Part shown: positions 1 to 12,944 of the stretch, piece after piece
Layout of the letters: each line of letters begins with the position of its first letter
Numbering within the stretch: the first letter of the stretch is position 1
NCBI GenBank assembly: GCA_040285825.1
Contig: JAUPSS010000010.1
Span: forward strand, 680,881 to 744,880
Direction: 5' to 3'
DNA: 64,000 nt
Source: Eukaryota sp. TZLM1-RC
Taxonomy: Eukaryota > Protista > Metamonada: BaSk clade
Notes under the pieces: model-generated
Told to the model about the DNA's origin: nothing
What the model saw: only the letters and a program-made list of their open reading frames with translations
Database searches by the model: none
Program-made: the position numbers and the translations under genes

Positions 1-539
1 TAAGGAGAAACTATTTGAACACTAAAAAACAACTACCTACCAACATTGACGATCTTCTCTTTTCTTTTAAAGTATATAATTAAACGCACTGTGGCATTTA
101 AAGCTATTCTTCAAAATGATACAACTAATTTCATCTGCTACCTCATTCCATCCAAATTGGCCAAAAAGTATCTTTGTTTCAGTGTAAAAACCCCAAGGGA
201 CATTGTAAACAAAAGGTACAATTTCGCTTATTAAATTTAATTCTTTCAAAATTGAATTTTTTGAAAGCTTGTCAGAATATATTTTCAACAACGTATTATT
301 CCATTAATTATCATAACCTCCAACTATGGTAACATCAGGTACAAAATTTGTTGCAGTTTAAAAGTCATCAACACGAACAAACTTATTTCAAACAAATTTA
401 AATTTCTTCTCAGATTCAAAATCATTTAATTCAGTGATAAAATGATTCTCTTCGTCGTGTCGTTTTGTAAACATCCTAGAGATCTGTCTACATTGAAACG
501 AGTGATTTAAGCTATGATTATTTAAGCCATGATCTGAGG

Positions 540-1500
540 ACTACACTTGTCTTGTGTCCCCATTGTGGTTCTGTTGTTCTCTCCATTGCAAACCACATTG
601 CCAAAACAAAATGTGCGAAAGAACATATTTATTCACATTTGACTTTGTTTTTTGATTCTTCAAAGTCGAAAAAGAAGACTACTCAATTTAATTCGTTTCA
701 CTCTGCCACAGATTCAAATCGAAAAAGTATCCAATCTGAGTCAGTTGATTTGGTTACTGACCCCAATACCTTTTCATTCACTCCTCAGAAGCTTTAATTT
801 ACACTAATGGATCAAAAACCAGGGTTTGGAAATATTACATTTGCAATGTATTCATTACCATAGGGTATCAGTACAATAATATTGCGTGGTTACCAAACAA
901 ATACAGTATGATTGTTGGTATTGTACTGGAATGTATTGACAGACATTTAAACCATGATGAAAATACCCAAATCAGCGTGAACATTATATATAATAAAATC
1001 AAAACACAAAAATACCCATTAATATGGTTATTCTGAGTTCGGGGGAAGAAAGATCTCAATTTGAAGATCAAAAGTATAACTGTTGATGTGTCTACTCGTA
1101 TGCATTCTGCAAATTTGATGCCAGAAGCTAATGTATAAAAAGTGGATGCTGTTGACAATACCACTACTTACACTGAGGATAAAACCGCCAAAAAGAAACG
1201 TTTCACTGACAATGAATCAGGCGAATTCCGAGAGGTGAAAAAATTCTTACGTGACTTTTCTTAAGTAACAAAAGGATTGTGTCAAACAAACAACAGTACA
1301 ACTTCGTTTTATGCGATCCACTTGATCCAGATAATTAAAACAATGTGTTTGCACATGCAGAGTAAGTTTGATGATTATCTTCCCCATGTTTATAACTTTT
1401 CGTAGTATGTTTCAGTTATTATAGACCCTAAAATTAATAGAGACAATGTAGCTGAACTGCTAATCAACAATTTGTACCATCAGGGTCTGGAATACGTGTC
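540..1500 (+). pseudogene. Decayed hAT-like transposase remnant
   Basis: Fragments resembling a BED finger (CPHC...H, TRVWKYY). Frame from 1202 reads FTDNESGEFREVKKFLRDFS*VTKGLCQ..STTSF..MQSKFDDY..YVSVIIDPKI, matching the hAT 'L.pF..aT..ls...T.s / m..KfdkY / a.iLDPr.K' pattern. Many stops. Confidence 0.45.
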
Positions 1501-1789
1501 AGAAAGTGACTGTACTGGCTGTTGTGAGGAGAAAGCTAAAGAAACCAAAAAGAAAGGCAGTTCATTGATATTAGCTCGTTTTCGACTGCAATTGAGCAAT
1601 ATTAAATTTGCAATTAAATAAATGATTCAGATTGATAAGCTGACCTCAACGACAAATCAAATCATTTGGCACACTGCATGGCCACAGAAAACACCTCATT
1701 CTTAGTGCAGTTGTCGATTGATGATCACTTAATAATAAACCATATACATTTGGAATCTGGGAAATGAGACAACTTGAGCTACTTTCCTT

Positions 1790-3990
1790 AAGATTAATTA
1801 AAAAGTTGCAAAACCGGAATTTTTTTGTTTAGTCAAACTAAGACGAACAGTAAAATCCAGGTTTTCAAAAACTTTTAATATCTTTTTTCTGCAATTTAGC
1901 ATATGCAAATCTTAAGGAAACCAAACTTCTGGGTGGAATTTCTTGAATATCGGCAGGAAAGCATTTGGACCAGATGTGAGGAGAAAGGCATTCAATTTCA
2001 TTATGCAAAAACAACAAATACAATCAGTCACTAACACGATGTTCTATTGAATGTTGGTTTTCAGGAAAACGTTTCAAACATTTATTCATTTGCATCCACC
2101 AATAATTGCAGCTTTACACAAATATTTAAATTTCTGAAAATCTATATTTCCCAATTCTGTGCTACAAAAAATATGACTGCGTAAAAAAGAAGATTCAATA
2201 TCAAGCAAATTAGCCAAAAACTTGGTTCTTAATTCGTCAAAAATTCTGCAAAAATTTCAATTTCTGGATATTTTTGTTTTAATTCACACATTAAAGGATG
2301 AATAGCGAGGCGCAAGAACAAAGGACCTAATGGATCACCTTGTTTAACACCAGATGATGATACAAGATTAAATTCCTCATATACAAGTGTTGATTGAGAA
2401 TCGTAAAAAATTTAAAAAAATTCAGCTTCTGGGAAATGAGTTTGCAGCAAGGGCAATGTTGATGACCTCTTGGAAGCATAAAGAGCGTTTTTGAAATCTA
2501 AATTAAAAATATAATTTGAATTAAAGAAAAGATCAGAAAATAGGGCCGAAGAAGATGCTCCATCAACTGTTTTAACACCAAATTGAAAACGACTAAAAAA
2601 ATCTTTATCTTTTTTACCAATCCTACCAAAAACAGCAGAAGTAAGAATACGAGACAATGATTCTCCATTTGCAATTGGTCTTATTTTCGTTTCGTTGTTT
2701 TTAAAGCAATTAAGCGTGAACTGGTCATTTCAGATTGAAGCTTCATTTTTAATGTTAAAATTTGATTAGAAAAAGAAACCAAAACATCAATGCATTCAAG
2801 ACATTGATTCATTGTTGATTTTAACAAATCAAAGGTTATTTTCAAAGGTCCAAGCGCTTTTCCAGAGGGTAAATTGTTAATTAATTTAGATGTTTCATCA
2901 TTGGTTAGGGGATTCTGCTCCCAATAATTAACATTATTAGGTTTGGGGCACTTAAAAGCTTCAACAGGATGTAGACTTTTAAGCTGAGCAATAATGTTTT
3001 CATTACAGTCAGCAAGTTTTGATGAAAACAAACATTGCCTAGCGGAACCAAAACGTTTTTTGAAAGATAACTTGCGAACAATTTTTTCTTTTTCATGATA
3101 GAAGGACGAAATTTTGGTTTCAATAATAGTAATTTTTTGGATTAAGAAAAATTTCCATAATGGTGTTACATCCCATACACCTTTTTTTAAATTTATTGTA
3201 AATTTCCGAAAACTAATTGAAAAGGGGATGCAAGATACAGGACTTACCTGTGATGGAACACGTATTGGAGGTCTCAAAGAATCAACAGCTTTGCTAGATT
3301 CGCAAAAACGTAATGGTCGGCCAGAAGGATTAATGCCCAAATATTTAGTACAAAATAGACACTTTTTATTCGTAGAATCAATGGATGAAGTTGCTGGAAT
3401 TATTGCTGGAATTTCTTCATTTCTATCATTATTATCATTTAAGGGCAACGAAGAGAGTGATTGTTCCAAATCAGCAGATGCAGCACAAGCTTTTAATTGT
3501 TCTTGTTTAATTATGGGACATGTTTTAATGTTATGTCCTGGTTGACGACATTTACCACAACTATGAGAAGAAACTTTTCCAGTTTTCATTGGTTTTGGTT
3601 TCATTTTTTCAGTCTTTTCTAATTTATTAATCAACGAGTCAGAAGCAGGTGTTTTTAACATATTTCTGTTATTTGAGCCATAATTCTTGTTGGTGGTAGT
3701 TTTTGCAATCCTTCGGATTTTAGAAGGTAAGAAAAGTTTTTCAGAAACAGAGTTGTTGACAGAACGCACAGCAGAACGTAGAAATTGAAATTGTTGCTTA
3801 ACAGTAGTGGAATTGATTTTTTGATTTTTTTGATTTTTTTGCGACAAATTTGAAGAGAGAATAGGGTGTGTAGGACGATGAGATGACGAAAATGAAGTAG
3901 GAAGAAGTGAACAACGAGTATGAGATTCGCAGGTATCATTAGAAATCTTTTGTTCAACAATTTAAGCATTCCAATTAGTGTCATTGACAC
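1790..3990 (-). mobile_element. Decayed CRE-clade non-LTR retrotransposon (N-terminal zinc knuckle, RT, partial C-terminus; family B-like)
   Basis: CGKCRQPGHNIKTC knuckle, LPSGKALGP, FQFGVKTVDGA, LDFKNA, and SSGVKQGDPLGP at ~2320-2360. Multiple frameshifts and internal deletion. Confidence 0.82.
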
Positions 3991-4409
3991 TATCTGAACT
4001 CATCGAGAAGAGTACTAAAGCTTAAGAAAGAGATAGAGATAGATACAAAGTTGAATTTTTTCTGCTTCTTCTCAGACCTCACCATTCAATTTTGGACGAA
4101 ACTTTATCAAATTGGGCAATGCAGACTGTTTTGACATATCTGTTCTGTAATATATACAAAAACACATTAAACAAACAAGGTTGTTTAAAGGTGGATGGTA
4201 AAATTAAACAACCATATTTTTAAACCTTCAATTTCCTTATCGACACCATGTCACTAAAGGTTTTCAGCAGTAGGTATAACATCCAAGGAAAAATTAGTCG
4301 CAAATTCCATAAGTTTTGGCGGTAAATAAGTCACATAGAAAACTAATGAAGATTAACCTTCCCTTTTGCTGAGTTTAGAAAAACATTATATATTGATAGT
4401 TGTCTTTTA

Positions 4410-6440
4410 GTCTTCTCTTAGCCCACAATATGGTGGTTTAGGTTGGACAAAGGCCTCTATTCTTATTTCATGTGCATTTATCGGTGGATGCAGAGATGCA
4501 ATATTTGAGTTTTCTGAAAGATTTACTGATTGGGAAGGTTTATTAATGACAACGCAAAGTTCTACTATTTTTGCATCAAATGACGAAATTTCAAAAATTG
4601 ATAGAGAACAATGAAGTCGATGTTTTCTTCAATCATTCAATGGTAATATTCATGAAAAGAATTTTTTAATTTAAAACACACTCTTCCTACATTAAAGAAA
4701 CGAATCACTGGAATGTATGAAAATGAGCTTTATAAAAATATATGCAGCTCGGCTGTTTTAAATCAAGATCTTCACTCACTGTTATTGGAGAAAGGTGTTT
4801 GTGAAAATCAGTCATCAGGTTCTTCACTGTTTGTGACGAAAATTTGAAGTGTGTGCTAATAATGAAGCGTTTGTGACAAAAATGAGATTATATTTGAATA
4901 TTCCCATTGATCAATTATTAAAAGAAAAATGTATTTGTTCGAATTCACCTCAACTCACTTTGCGTCATGCTCTGAATTGTTCTAAATTGATAACTTATCG
5001 TTCTTCATTACATGATGCTTTTAGAAACACTGTTTTCAATATGGCAGGAACTGCAAGAATGTCGTGTATTGAAGAGCCTCTGCTGAATAAAAACATTGTC
5101 ATTGAATAATTCTGGTTCTGATGACAGACGTTGATGCCGTTAGGCAGATGAACACACGAAGGAGAGAAATCTAAGTTTATTAATAAAACTGATTCATAAA
5201 CGAGTATCACGTCATCAGTCAAAATACAAAGATACCTACTAATTCAATTTAAGTTCGACAACAACACTACTTTTTCCCATTTTTCTGAGGACAAATACAG
5301 TACTGGCTCAATAGAGGGAAGATATGGGGTTTGTTAAATTCTCCGGTGCATCGTTGGTATGAGAACGTTGGAGACCTACGGGAAGAATTCCTCTGGCAAA
5401 TCGGTTCAGAAAAGCTATGTCTGGCAACTTCAGTCCGGAAGCCCTACTCTTTACCTGGAGGAAACGTCGCAGGTAACAGGACATGCGTTCTCGGACGTCA
5501 CCAATTCGGACATCAAGCTTCAGTTCTGACATAGCCAGACTAAAATCTTCGTACGTGACGAACGATACGACAGATTGTAGATGTCTGAGAAGAACATCGT
5601 CACTGGATGAGACGTCGGATTTCTGGAGAGACAGGACTCTAACAGAAAAGAATCGACCAAGAGTCTTGCTGGAACAAGCTCTTTCTTAGGAGTCACCGAA
5701 GAATAAATCTTTCACTCCTATAGGAACAGAAGAACACTTTCAACTTTCATGGAAGAAAGAGACGTCAGGTTAACAGAGGGAACAGTCATCTGAAATAAGA
5801 AGGGCCAATAATTATTGATGCCGTTAGGCAGATGAACACACGAAGGAGAGAAATCTAAGTTTATTAATAAAACTGATTCATAAACGAGTATCACGTCATC
5901 AGTCAAAATACAAAGATACCTACTAATTCAATTTAAGTTCGACAACAACAACGTGATGTATATTGTGATTGGATTGAGAACTCTGCAGCTTTTGTTGAGT
6001 TTGTCTCCTGTAATATTGCAAATGACACTTTGGTTCAAAAAGAAATCTTAATCCTGTAAGTGCTCTTGAATTTAAAGCTAAATAAAAACATAGAAAATAT
6101 GACAAAGATATCGAAAAAGCTAATGCTGATAGAAAAGAGTACTTGTTTTATTGCTTTCTTATTTTCTATAAGCGGAAGACTATTAGTAGAAGCAGGAACC
6201 TTTCTGAATGATTTCCAAAAAAATGGTTCAAGAAAAAACAATGAAAAAATTTGATATCTTTTTATGGCGCTCTTGAATTCAATTTACCATTATTAATAGA
6301 TTACCCCGGTTTTTCAATCGAATTAGAGAAGCTTTAGCTAGACAGCAAGCCGATCAAGATTTTGTAGAGGAAATTTGGTTCAATTTCGTCCCATTAGTTA
6401 TGATTTTATTTTTTCAAGTTTATTCCAGTTTTCAAAAAAA
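4410..6440 (+). mobile_element. 5'-truncated CRE-clade LINE, family A (CCHC + RLE region), split by an LTR element
   Basis: Near-identical to 15950-17160 (CICSNSPQLTLRHALNCSK). The GSDDR|DVYCDW segment is interrupted at 5131/5951. Confidence 0.88.
5132..5950 (-). mobile_element. Short non-autonomous LTR retroelement (TRIM-like, 819 bp)
   Basis: Two identical 135-bp TG...CA direct repeats (5132-5266, 5816-5950). 4-bp TSD ACGT (5128-5131, 5951-5954). Minus-strand polypurine tract AAAAATGGGAAAAAGTAG abuts the 3' LTR. Broken gag-like ORF inside. Confidence 0.9.
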
Positions 6441-6786
6441 AGTTTAATATAAGTTAACTTTTTTGATAGTTGTACCTTACAGTTCATGAATTCATTGATG
6501 CTTTTTCAATTTCATCAAATTAAAATTCTGAAATATAATTTTTACGATTTATATTTCACAATTACAAAAAAAATACAATTGGCGCTTCCATTTATATTGG
6601 GTTGTTGAAGATATTTCTTTGCAAGCGCTGCTTCTTGTTGAATCTCATTATGCAAGAGTTGCATCTAGTTTTTGTGTTGGGAAAGATGGATTAATTAGAT
6701 GTCAATCAAAATTTGAAGATCATTTGGATCATTCATCTTGATGGAAAAGAAAGGTTTTCCGCAACTCGAATCAATCAATTCAACAG

Positions 6787-7128
6787 ATGATAGCCTCTCG
6801 ACTACCATGTCTCTTTGCAATGCTCATTCTTGCTGCATTTGCTGAACTCTCACAAGTCAAAATCATCAATAATGGAGAGAAAACAATGACACAAACATAT
6901 AGGGAAACAAATGGTCACTGGGAACAAACAGGCCTTGTTACTCTTCATCCTGGATGGTCTACCATTGTCTCTGCAAGCGGATCAAACAACCTTGTTGGCT
7001 ACGATCATTCTAGAGCACTTATTGCATTTGGTGAAAGTTGTTGGGTCTATGGTCTTTGTCACTGTTCTCCTTGTAAACTTGTCGGTCCAAAGTCATGGGA
7101 GGTTCGTTGTATCTGCCAAGAATACTAA
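6787..7128 (+). CDS. Small secreted cysteine-rich protein (113 aa), unknown function
   Basis: Intact ATG-TAA ORF with hydrophobic signal peptide (CLFAMLILAAFA) and six Cys clustered at the C-terminus. GC content higher than flanks. Confidence 0.7.
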   Translation: MIASRLPCLFAMLILAAFAELSQVKIINNGEKTMTQTYRETNGHWEQTGLVTLHPGWSTIVSASGSNNLVGYDHSRALIAFGESCWVYGLCHCSPCKLVGPKSWEVRCICQEY

Positions 7129-7499
7129 TGATTTGTCCTTCTACAATACATTTTGATGGTGCATGAGTTGTTTGCTACTTAATAGAGAGTAAGATGCAGT
7201 GTAGTATGTTCTGCTTATCATTAGATACTATATACATCCACATCTACAATGGATTGAAGTTTTGGTTGTCATATCAGTGCATCAGACTGCTTCAGAATTA
7301 AACACATATCAAGCGTTTGTCTTTCCAGCAAAACAAAACATCTTTTGAAGAGTGTGCAGTCCTGGTTGCCACGTTGTATTTGTATTAATCCTTTGTATTA
7401 ATACTTACATAGATAGATAGATGGATAGACTTACTCTAGAAAACAACATGAAACCAATTTGGATGACACAACTTGAAACATTTTTTTGTTCCAAGTTGG

Positions 7500-8260
7500 A
7501 TCAATCCATTTTAGAAAGTTATTCCAAAATGAGTTTTTTTACAATTTAATGGTTGTATTTAAGTGGACTTTTGGATAATTTTGCTTGTATTTGGAATGAA
7601 AAACCGTCTGCCAATTTCCATCAAATCGTGAGTTGTAAGAAGTTTCTTCAATATCGGTCAGTTCTTCATAATGCTGTTCGTGATGTGACATATGAAATGT
7701 TTAAGTTTTACAATTTTAGTTGCAAATTAGAACCCTTGTTAAAGCATTATAGCGATAATAATTTCTTTGATTCTTGTCGTGGTGATTTAATTGCTCCTTT
7801 TATAAATTCCTCTCAAATTGTTGTTGATTTTACTACTGTTGATGCCTTTGCTTCATTTTAACGTGATGATGTCTTAGTTAGTTCTAATGGCCACTTGGAC
7901 AAAGCTGAGGTTCGTAAATGAGACAAATATACTGGGTTATTGAATGATTTAAATAAGAACCATTACTCGAAGTTTTTTTTGTTCTTTTTGCCTTCTCGAT
8001 TTTTGGTAACATTGGTTGGTCTGCTTTGTATTTTCTCAATGATTTTGATACTTTTTGTCGTTCAAATGTTAAGAATTTTGCTGTGCTTTTATGGAAGAAT
8101 CGTATCATCTTTTATTTGTATAGAAGTGTTCCCAAGTATTTAAATTTAATGATGTCCAAGCTGTATAAGGATTTATCAACAGTTGGCGTGGAAAATTTTG
8201 TTTCTTATCTGTTTTAAATTGTTTTGTTTCGTAATTACGTAGAGAATACATAAATAAGTT
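7500..8260 (+). mobile_element. CRE-clade LINE 3' fragment (RLE domain), family E
   Basis: HQIVSCKKFLQYRSVLHNAVRD, CKLEPLL, RGDLIAP..IVVDFT, LWKNRIIF. Frameshifted. Confidence 0.78.
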
Positions 8261-8269
8261 TAATGAAAA

Positions 8270-9087
8270 AATATTTATTAAACTTGTACACTTTACAAAA
8301 TAAAGTCATAACCACCGGGATCAAATTCATTAAACCAAGACTTCCTTTACAAAATCTTTATCTGCTTGCTGTCTAACTAAAGCTTCTCTTATTTGATTGA
8401 AAAACCGAGGCAATCTTTTAATAATGGTAAACTGGATTCGAGAGCGCCATAAAAAGATATCAAATCTTTTCATTGTTTTTTCTTGAACCATTTTTTGGAA
8501 TTCATTCAAAAAAGTTTCTGCTTCTACTGATAGTTTTCCGTTTATCGAAAATGGGAAAGCAATAAAAACTAGCTGTGTAAATCTACCAGCATTAGCATCT
8601 CCGATGTCTTTGTCATATTTTCTATGTTTTTCTTTTGCTTTAAGATCAAGGGCACTTACAGGATTAAGTTGACTTCTGTGAACCAAAGTGTCATTTGCAA
8701 CATTACATGAGACAAAGTCAACAATAGCTTCAGAATTATCAATCCAATCACAGTATACATCACCTCTATCATCAGAACCAAAACTATTCAATGGCAGTGT
8801 TTCCTTCAACAGAGGTTCTTTAATAGACGAGATTCTTGCATTTCGTGCCATATTAAAAACAGTCTCCCTAACAGCATCATGTAATGAAGAACGATGAGTT
8901 ATCATCTTCGAACAATTCAGAGCATGGCGCAAAGTGAACTGTGGTGAATTTGAACAAATACATTGTTCTTTTGATAATAATTGATTAATGGGAATATTCA
9001 AATATAATCTCATTTTTGTTACAAACGCTTCATTATTAACACACAGTCCAAATCTTCGTGGCACAATGGTCACAAACAGTGAAGAAA
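8270..9087 (-). mobile_element. CRE-clade LINE 3' fragment, family A-related, with open 247-aa CCHC+RLE ORF (8330-9073)
   Basis: CICSNSPQFTLRHALNCSK zinc motif and RGDVYCD..AIVDF..KEKHRKY RLE motif. AATAAA in 3' UTR. Confidence 0.88.
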
Positions 9088-9512
9088 ATACAATTTCAAT
9101 GAGAAACTTGTGGTTTTTGTTTTCTGACGATAGAAATACACAGCTGGTTTTTATTGCTTTCCCATTTTCGATAAATGGAAGATTATCAGTTGAAGCAGAA
9201 ACTTTTTTGGATGACTTCCAAAAAATGGTGCAAGAAAAAACAATGAAAAGATTTGATATTTTTTTATGGCGTTCACGGATTCAATTTGCCATTATTAATA
9301 GATTACCTCGGTTTTTCAATCGAATTTTTTTTAAAACTGGAATATTTATTGAGATAAAAAAACCCATCTAGAATTCAATATCCTCCAAACAAGAGTCACT
9401 ATTACTGAACCTACTCACAGCATTACGTTCATATTCTACACCAATAGCTAAAAGTGCCTTTGAAATCATTGTTGGAATAGACTTGAAAATGCAAAAAACA
9501 ATTCTATTTATC

Positions 9513-12500
9513 ATTCTATTTATTTTTTTTTCTCCCTCCCTTAGTCAACCCTCTCATATTTCACTTTCTGTCACGGCGTCAAAGTTGTACTGTGTCTTTG
9601 CCAAAACGATGCCAGTGACTGACAGTGACTCTGATACTGATTGGAACGCCCAAGCAAAGATTCTACCCATCAGATCAAGCTCAGTCCCTTCACTTCTCCA
9701 CTCTCCCCACCCTTCAAGCTATGCTCGAATTTCTTCTCAAAAAAATTTGAAAATTTTTAAAAAAGATTGTTTGCCTTTGTGTGATGCCCCTGATATTACG
9801 CCTGAAAAAGTGCAAAAAAGAAGACATACCTGTTCCAAATGTGGCAAGGTTGGTCATAACATTAGAAATTGTCCTGATATTATTACCGAAAAAATGAGAC
9901 TGAAAACCAATATTTCTATTGTTAATAGTTTGCAAGCGCCATCCGAACTAAATCTTCCTCCTGTTCCCAATGTTTCTGCTGATGATGATAATTATAATTT
10001 AAATATTGATCAAACTCATTTACCAAAAACTGTTGCTCCTGATCCTACGGATAATGTCTTGAAACATAGTTGTCCTTTTTGCAAAAAGTTCCTCTCTAAT
10101 TCTTCTAATGGTCGCCCTCTATTGTTTTGTTTTGACTGTCAAACAAGTGATTCTCTTCGTACACCTGTTAAAATTCCTGTAGAGGTGAGTCCTGCCAGTT
10201 CTGTTCCTTTGTCAATGGAAATGCGTTCTTTTTCTTCGCAATTGAAATTAAACAAATGGAACATAACAAGATTTTGGAAATTCTTTGCCAAAAAGAATAA
10301 GAAGAAAATTAATTACAAACCAAAACAGAGAAAAGCTAATTCATCTTTTCAAGCAAGAAAATTGTTTTTGAGAGGTAGATATGGAAGCGGATTAAAAAAT
10401 ATTTTTTCGGGAAAACTGGCTGATACCAATCTCGAAACTGTTGAAAAATTGAAATCCCTTCATCCAACTGAACATTTTTGCCCCAGTAAGCCTTCTATTT
10501 GTCAATATTGGCTCGAAAATCCATTTCAGGCTCAAGAAGTATTGAATGCCGTTGCTGAATTACCAAAAGGAAAAGCTGCTGGTCCTTCAGGCATTTCCTT
10601 TGATTTGTTAAAAACTGCCTGTAAAAATGCTCCTGAAATTGTTGAGGATCTTGCTTCCTATTTTCAAAATTTAATGTGTTTAAATTATGTTCCTCCGCCT
10701 GAATTGACTGCTGCCCGTTTAGTTGCTTTAGTTAAACCTGGTAAAGGTGACAAACCTGATGGAGTTAGACCAATTGCTATTGGAGAGTCATTAACCAGAT
10801 TGCTTTCTTCGCTTATTTTTAACAGAATTTCTACTAAAGCAAGGGACTATTTGAAGCCTTTCCAATTTGGTATAAAAACTGTTGAAGGTGCTTCTGTTGC
10901 TTCAATGACTTCAGATGTTTTTTTCAATAGTCAACAGCATCAATATATTTTTAATTTGGATTTCAAAAATGCTTTCAATTCTGTGAAACGTAATTGTATT
11001 TTTGATGTCCTTCTTCATGATTTTCCTGAACTTACTGCATATTTTTATTTATTTTATGGAAAAAAATCAGACTTAATTTTTGACTCCTTTACCCTTGAAT
11101 CTTCTTCTGGTGTGAAACAAGGTGATCCTCTTGGCCCTTTGCTGTTTTGTTTGGCTATTCATAATATTATTAAAATGACACAACAAGATTTTCCTGATTT
11201 GCGTATTGTTGCCTATATGGATGACATTTCTATTATTGGTTCTTTTGAAAGCATTTCTAGGGTTTCCGAAGACATTGCGGCGAAATACAAAGAAATTGGT
11301 TTAGCTTTGAACCCATCTAAATGTCTCTTGATTGGTAGAGAAAAACAATCTTTGATGATTGGTGGAGCTCAGATTCCTTTTATCAATTATGACCAACAAG
11401 CTTTTAAGTTTCTTGGATGTTGGCTTGGCAATTTGGATGAAATTTATTCACCAGTTAAACAATTTATTGGAGAAGTTTGACAAGGATCTTAGTTTTATTG
11501 CTGATTGTGACATTGAGAAACACATCAAATTTTTTATTTTAAAAATTTGTTATTCTGGAAAATTCACTCATATTTTAAGGTCAACTCCCCCTTCGGTATC
11601 TCTCAATTTCTGCAGATCTTTTAACAAACTTCGAGTCAAATTTTGTCCTTCTTTATTAGAAGTAAATGAATCTTTAATTCGAAGTCATGTATTTTGTTCA
11701 GCAGATTTGGGTGGAATTGGATTCACCAAATCTTCGATTCTGTGTAAAGCAGCATTTTTGGGAGGTGGTAAAAATTTTGTTTTTGAATTTTTCCAAAGGT
11801 TCCCTTTTGATGTTCATCTGATCAATGGTGAATCAAATTTTTACTTGAATCAACTGCAATTTGAATTAGAAAATTTGCCTAGTGATATCTGGATTCAGTG
11901 TTTTCCTCAAAATGTTCAAGAAATTCCCACTCGATCACTTCCAAATTTACGTTTTTGCTTGAAAAAGCTTCAGCACCATCTGGTTAAATTATATGAAGGC
12001 TTGGATTATGAAGTAAGACTTGGCTTGGCCAAAACTAAAAATCCCGCTTTCGGTAATTTTTTAAAGGATATTCGTGATAGTTCAGCTGCTGCTTTAGTAA
12101 CTCAAGTTCCCTCTGTTTATGGACTTTTGTTAAAAGACAATGAATGGCTTCTAAACATGCGTTTTCGTTGTTTTCTGTGGCCAAACAATTGGCCCAATCA
12201 TTTAACTTGTAAATGTGGAAAAACCTCTTTTGTTTACTCATCTTTTGAACTGTAAACATTTCATTACGTTTAGAAGCAAAGTGCATAATAACGTCAGGGA
12301 CCAAATTTATGTAATGTGCAAATCATATCGTGTAGATTCCTTTTTAGAACCGCTGTTATCAAAATTAATTCTTGATGATCCCAATATTGATAGTACGCGT
12401 TACAACAGAGCTTCTATGGGTCTGACTAGAGGTGATCTAGTTGTTCCTGGTTTAAATGGTAGTTTTACTATTTTGGACGCCATGTCTATTGACCCTTGTA

Positions 12501-12944
12501 ATTCCTCTAACGAACATTTCATTAACTCGGATGTAAATAATCCTCTTCTTGCAGGCGAAAAATATAAAATTGCTAAATATGCGAAACCCATTTCCTCGGT
12601 TAATGAAAATTCTCATGCCCAATATAATTTATGTCCATTTGTTTTTTCTTTGCTTGGATCTCTAGGTAAGGCTGCTATGGCTTTCCTTGAGGATTTTGTT
12701 GTAGTTGTAAAGGAAAGAACTGGAAGAATTTTCAATCGTGTTTACTGGCAAAACAGGATTGTATTTTCTATTTTTAAGGGAATGGTAACACTAATTTCTG
12801 ATTCACTATCTTCTTTTGGGAAATTTTCTGAATCTTTAGCGATTAATTGTTTTGATGTAGGGGAGGCAGGTTTTGAGGATGTGGAGTTTTAATTGTGTAG
12901 TTCATATTTGTTGTTGAATAAAAATCTTGTAGCTAACAAAAAAA
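9513..12944 (+). mobile_element. Apparently full-length CRE-clade non-LTR retrotransposon, family C (inner layer)
   Basis: 5' UTR, single ORF, AATAAA and short A tail at 12938-12945. TSD (A)TTTATC at 9506-9512 and 12945-12951. Confidence 0.92.
9609..12892 (+). CDS. CCHC knuckle + C4 finger + reverse transcriptase + CCHC + restriction-like endonuclease polyprotein (~1093 aa if two +1 homopolymer indels are corrected)
   Basis: CSKCGKVGHNIRNC, GKAAGPSG, GVRPIAIGE, FQFGI, LDFKNAFNSV, GVKQGDPLGPLLF, AYMDD, FLG, CKCG..HLLNC, RGDLVV..ILDA..GEKYK. Frameshifts at ~11443 (TTT) and ~12220 (AAAAA). Confidence 0.88.

Noticed and set aside
9483-9608. Apparent signal peptide at the start of the 665-aa RT ORF
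   Set aside because: The TTG-start extension runs through the host family B 3' end, the TSD and a T-rich 5' UTR. The likely start is ATG 9609.
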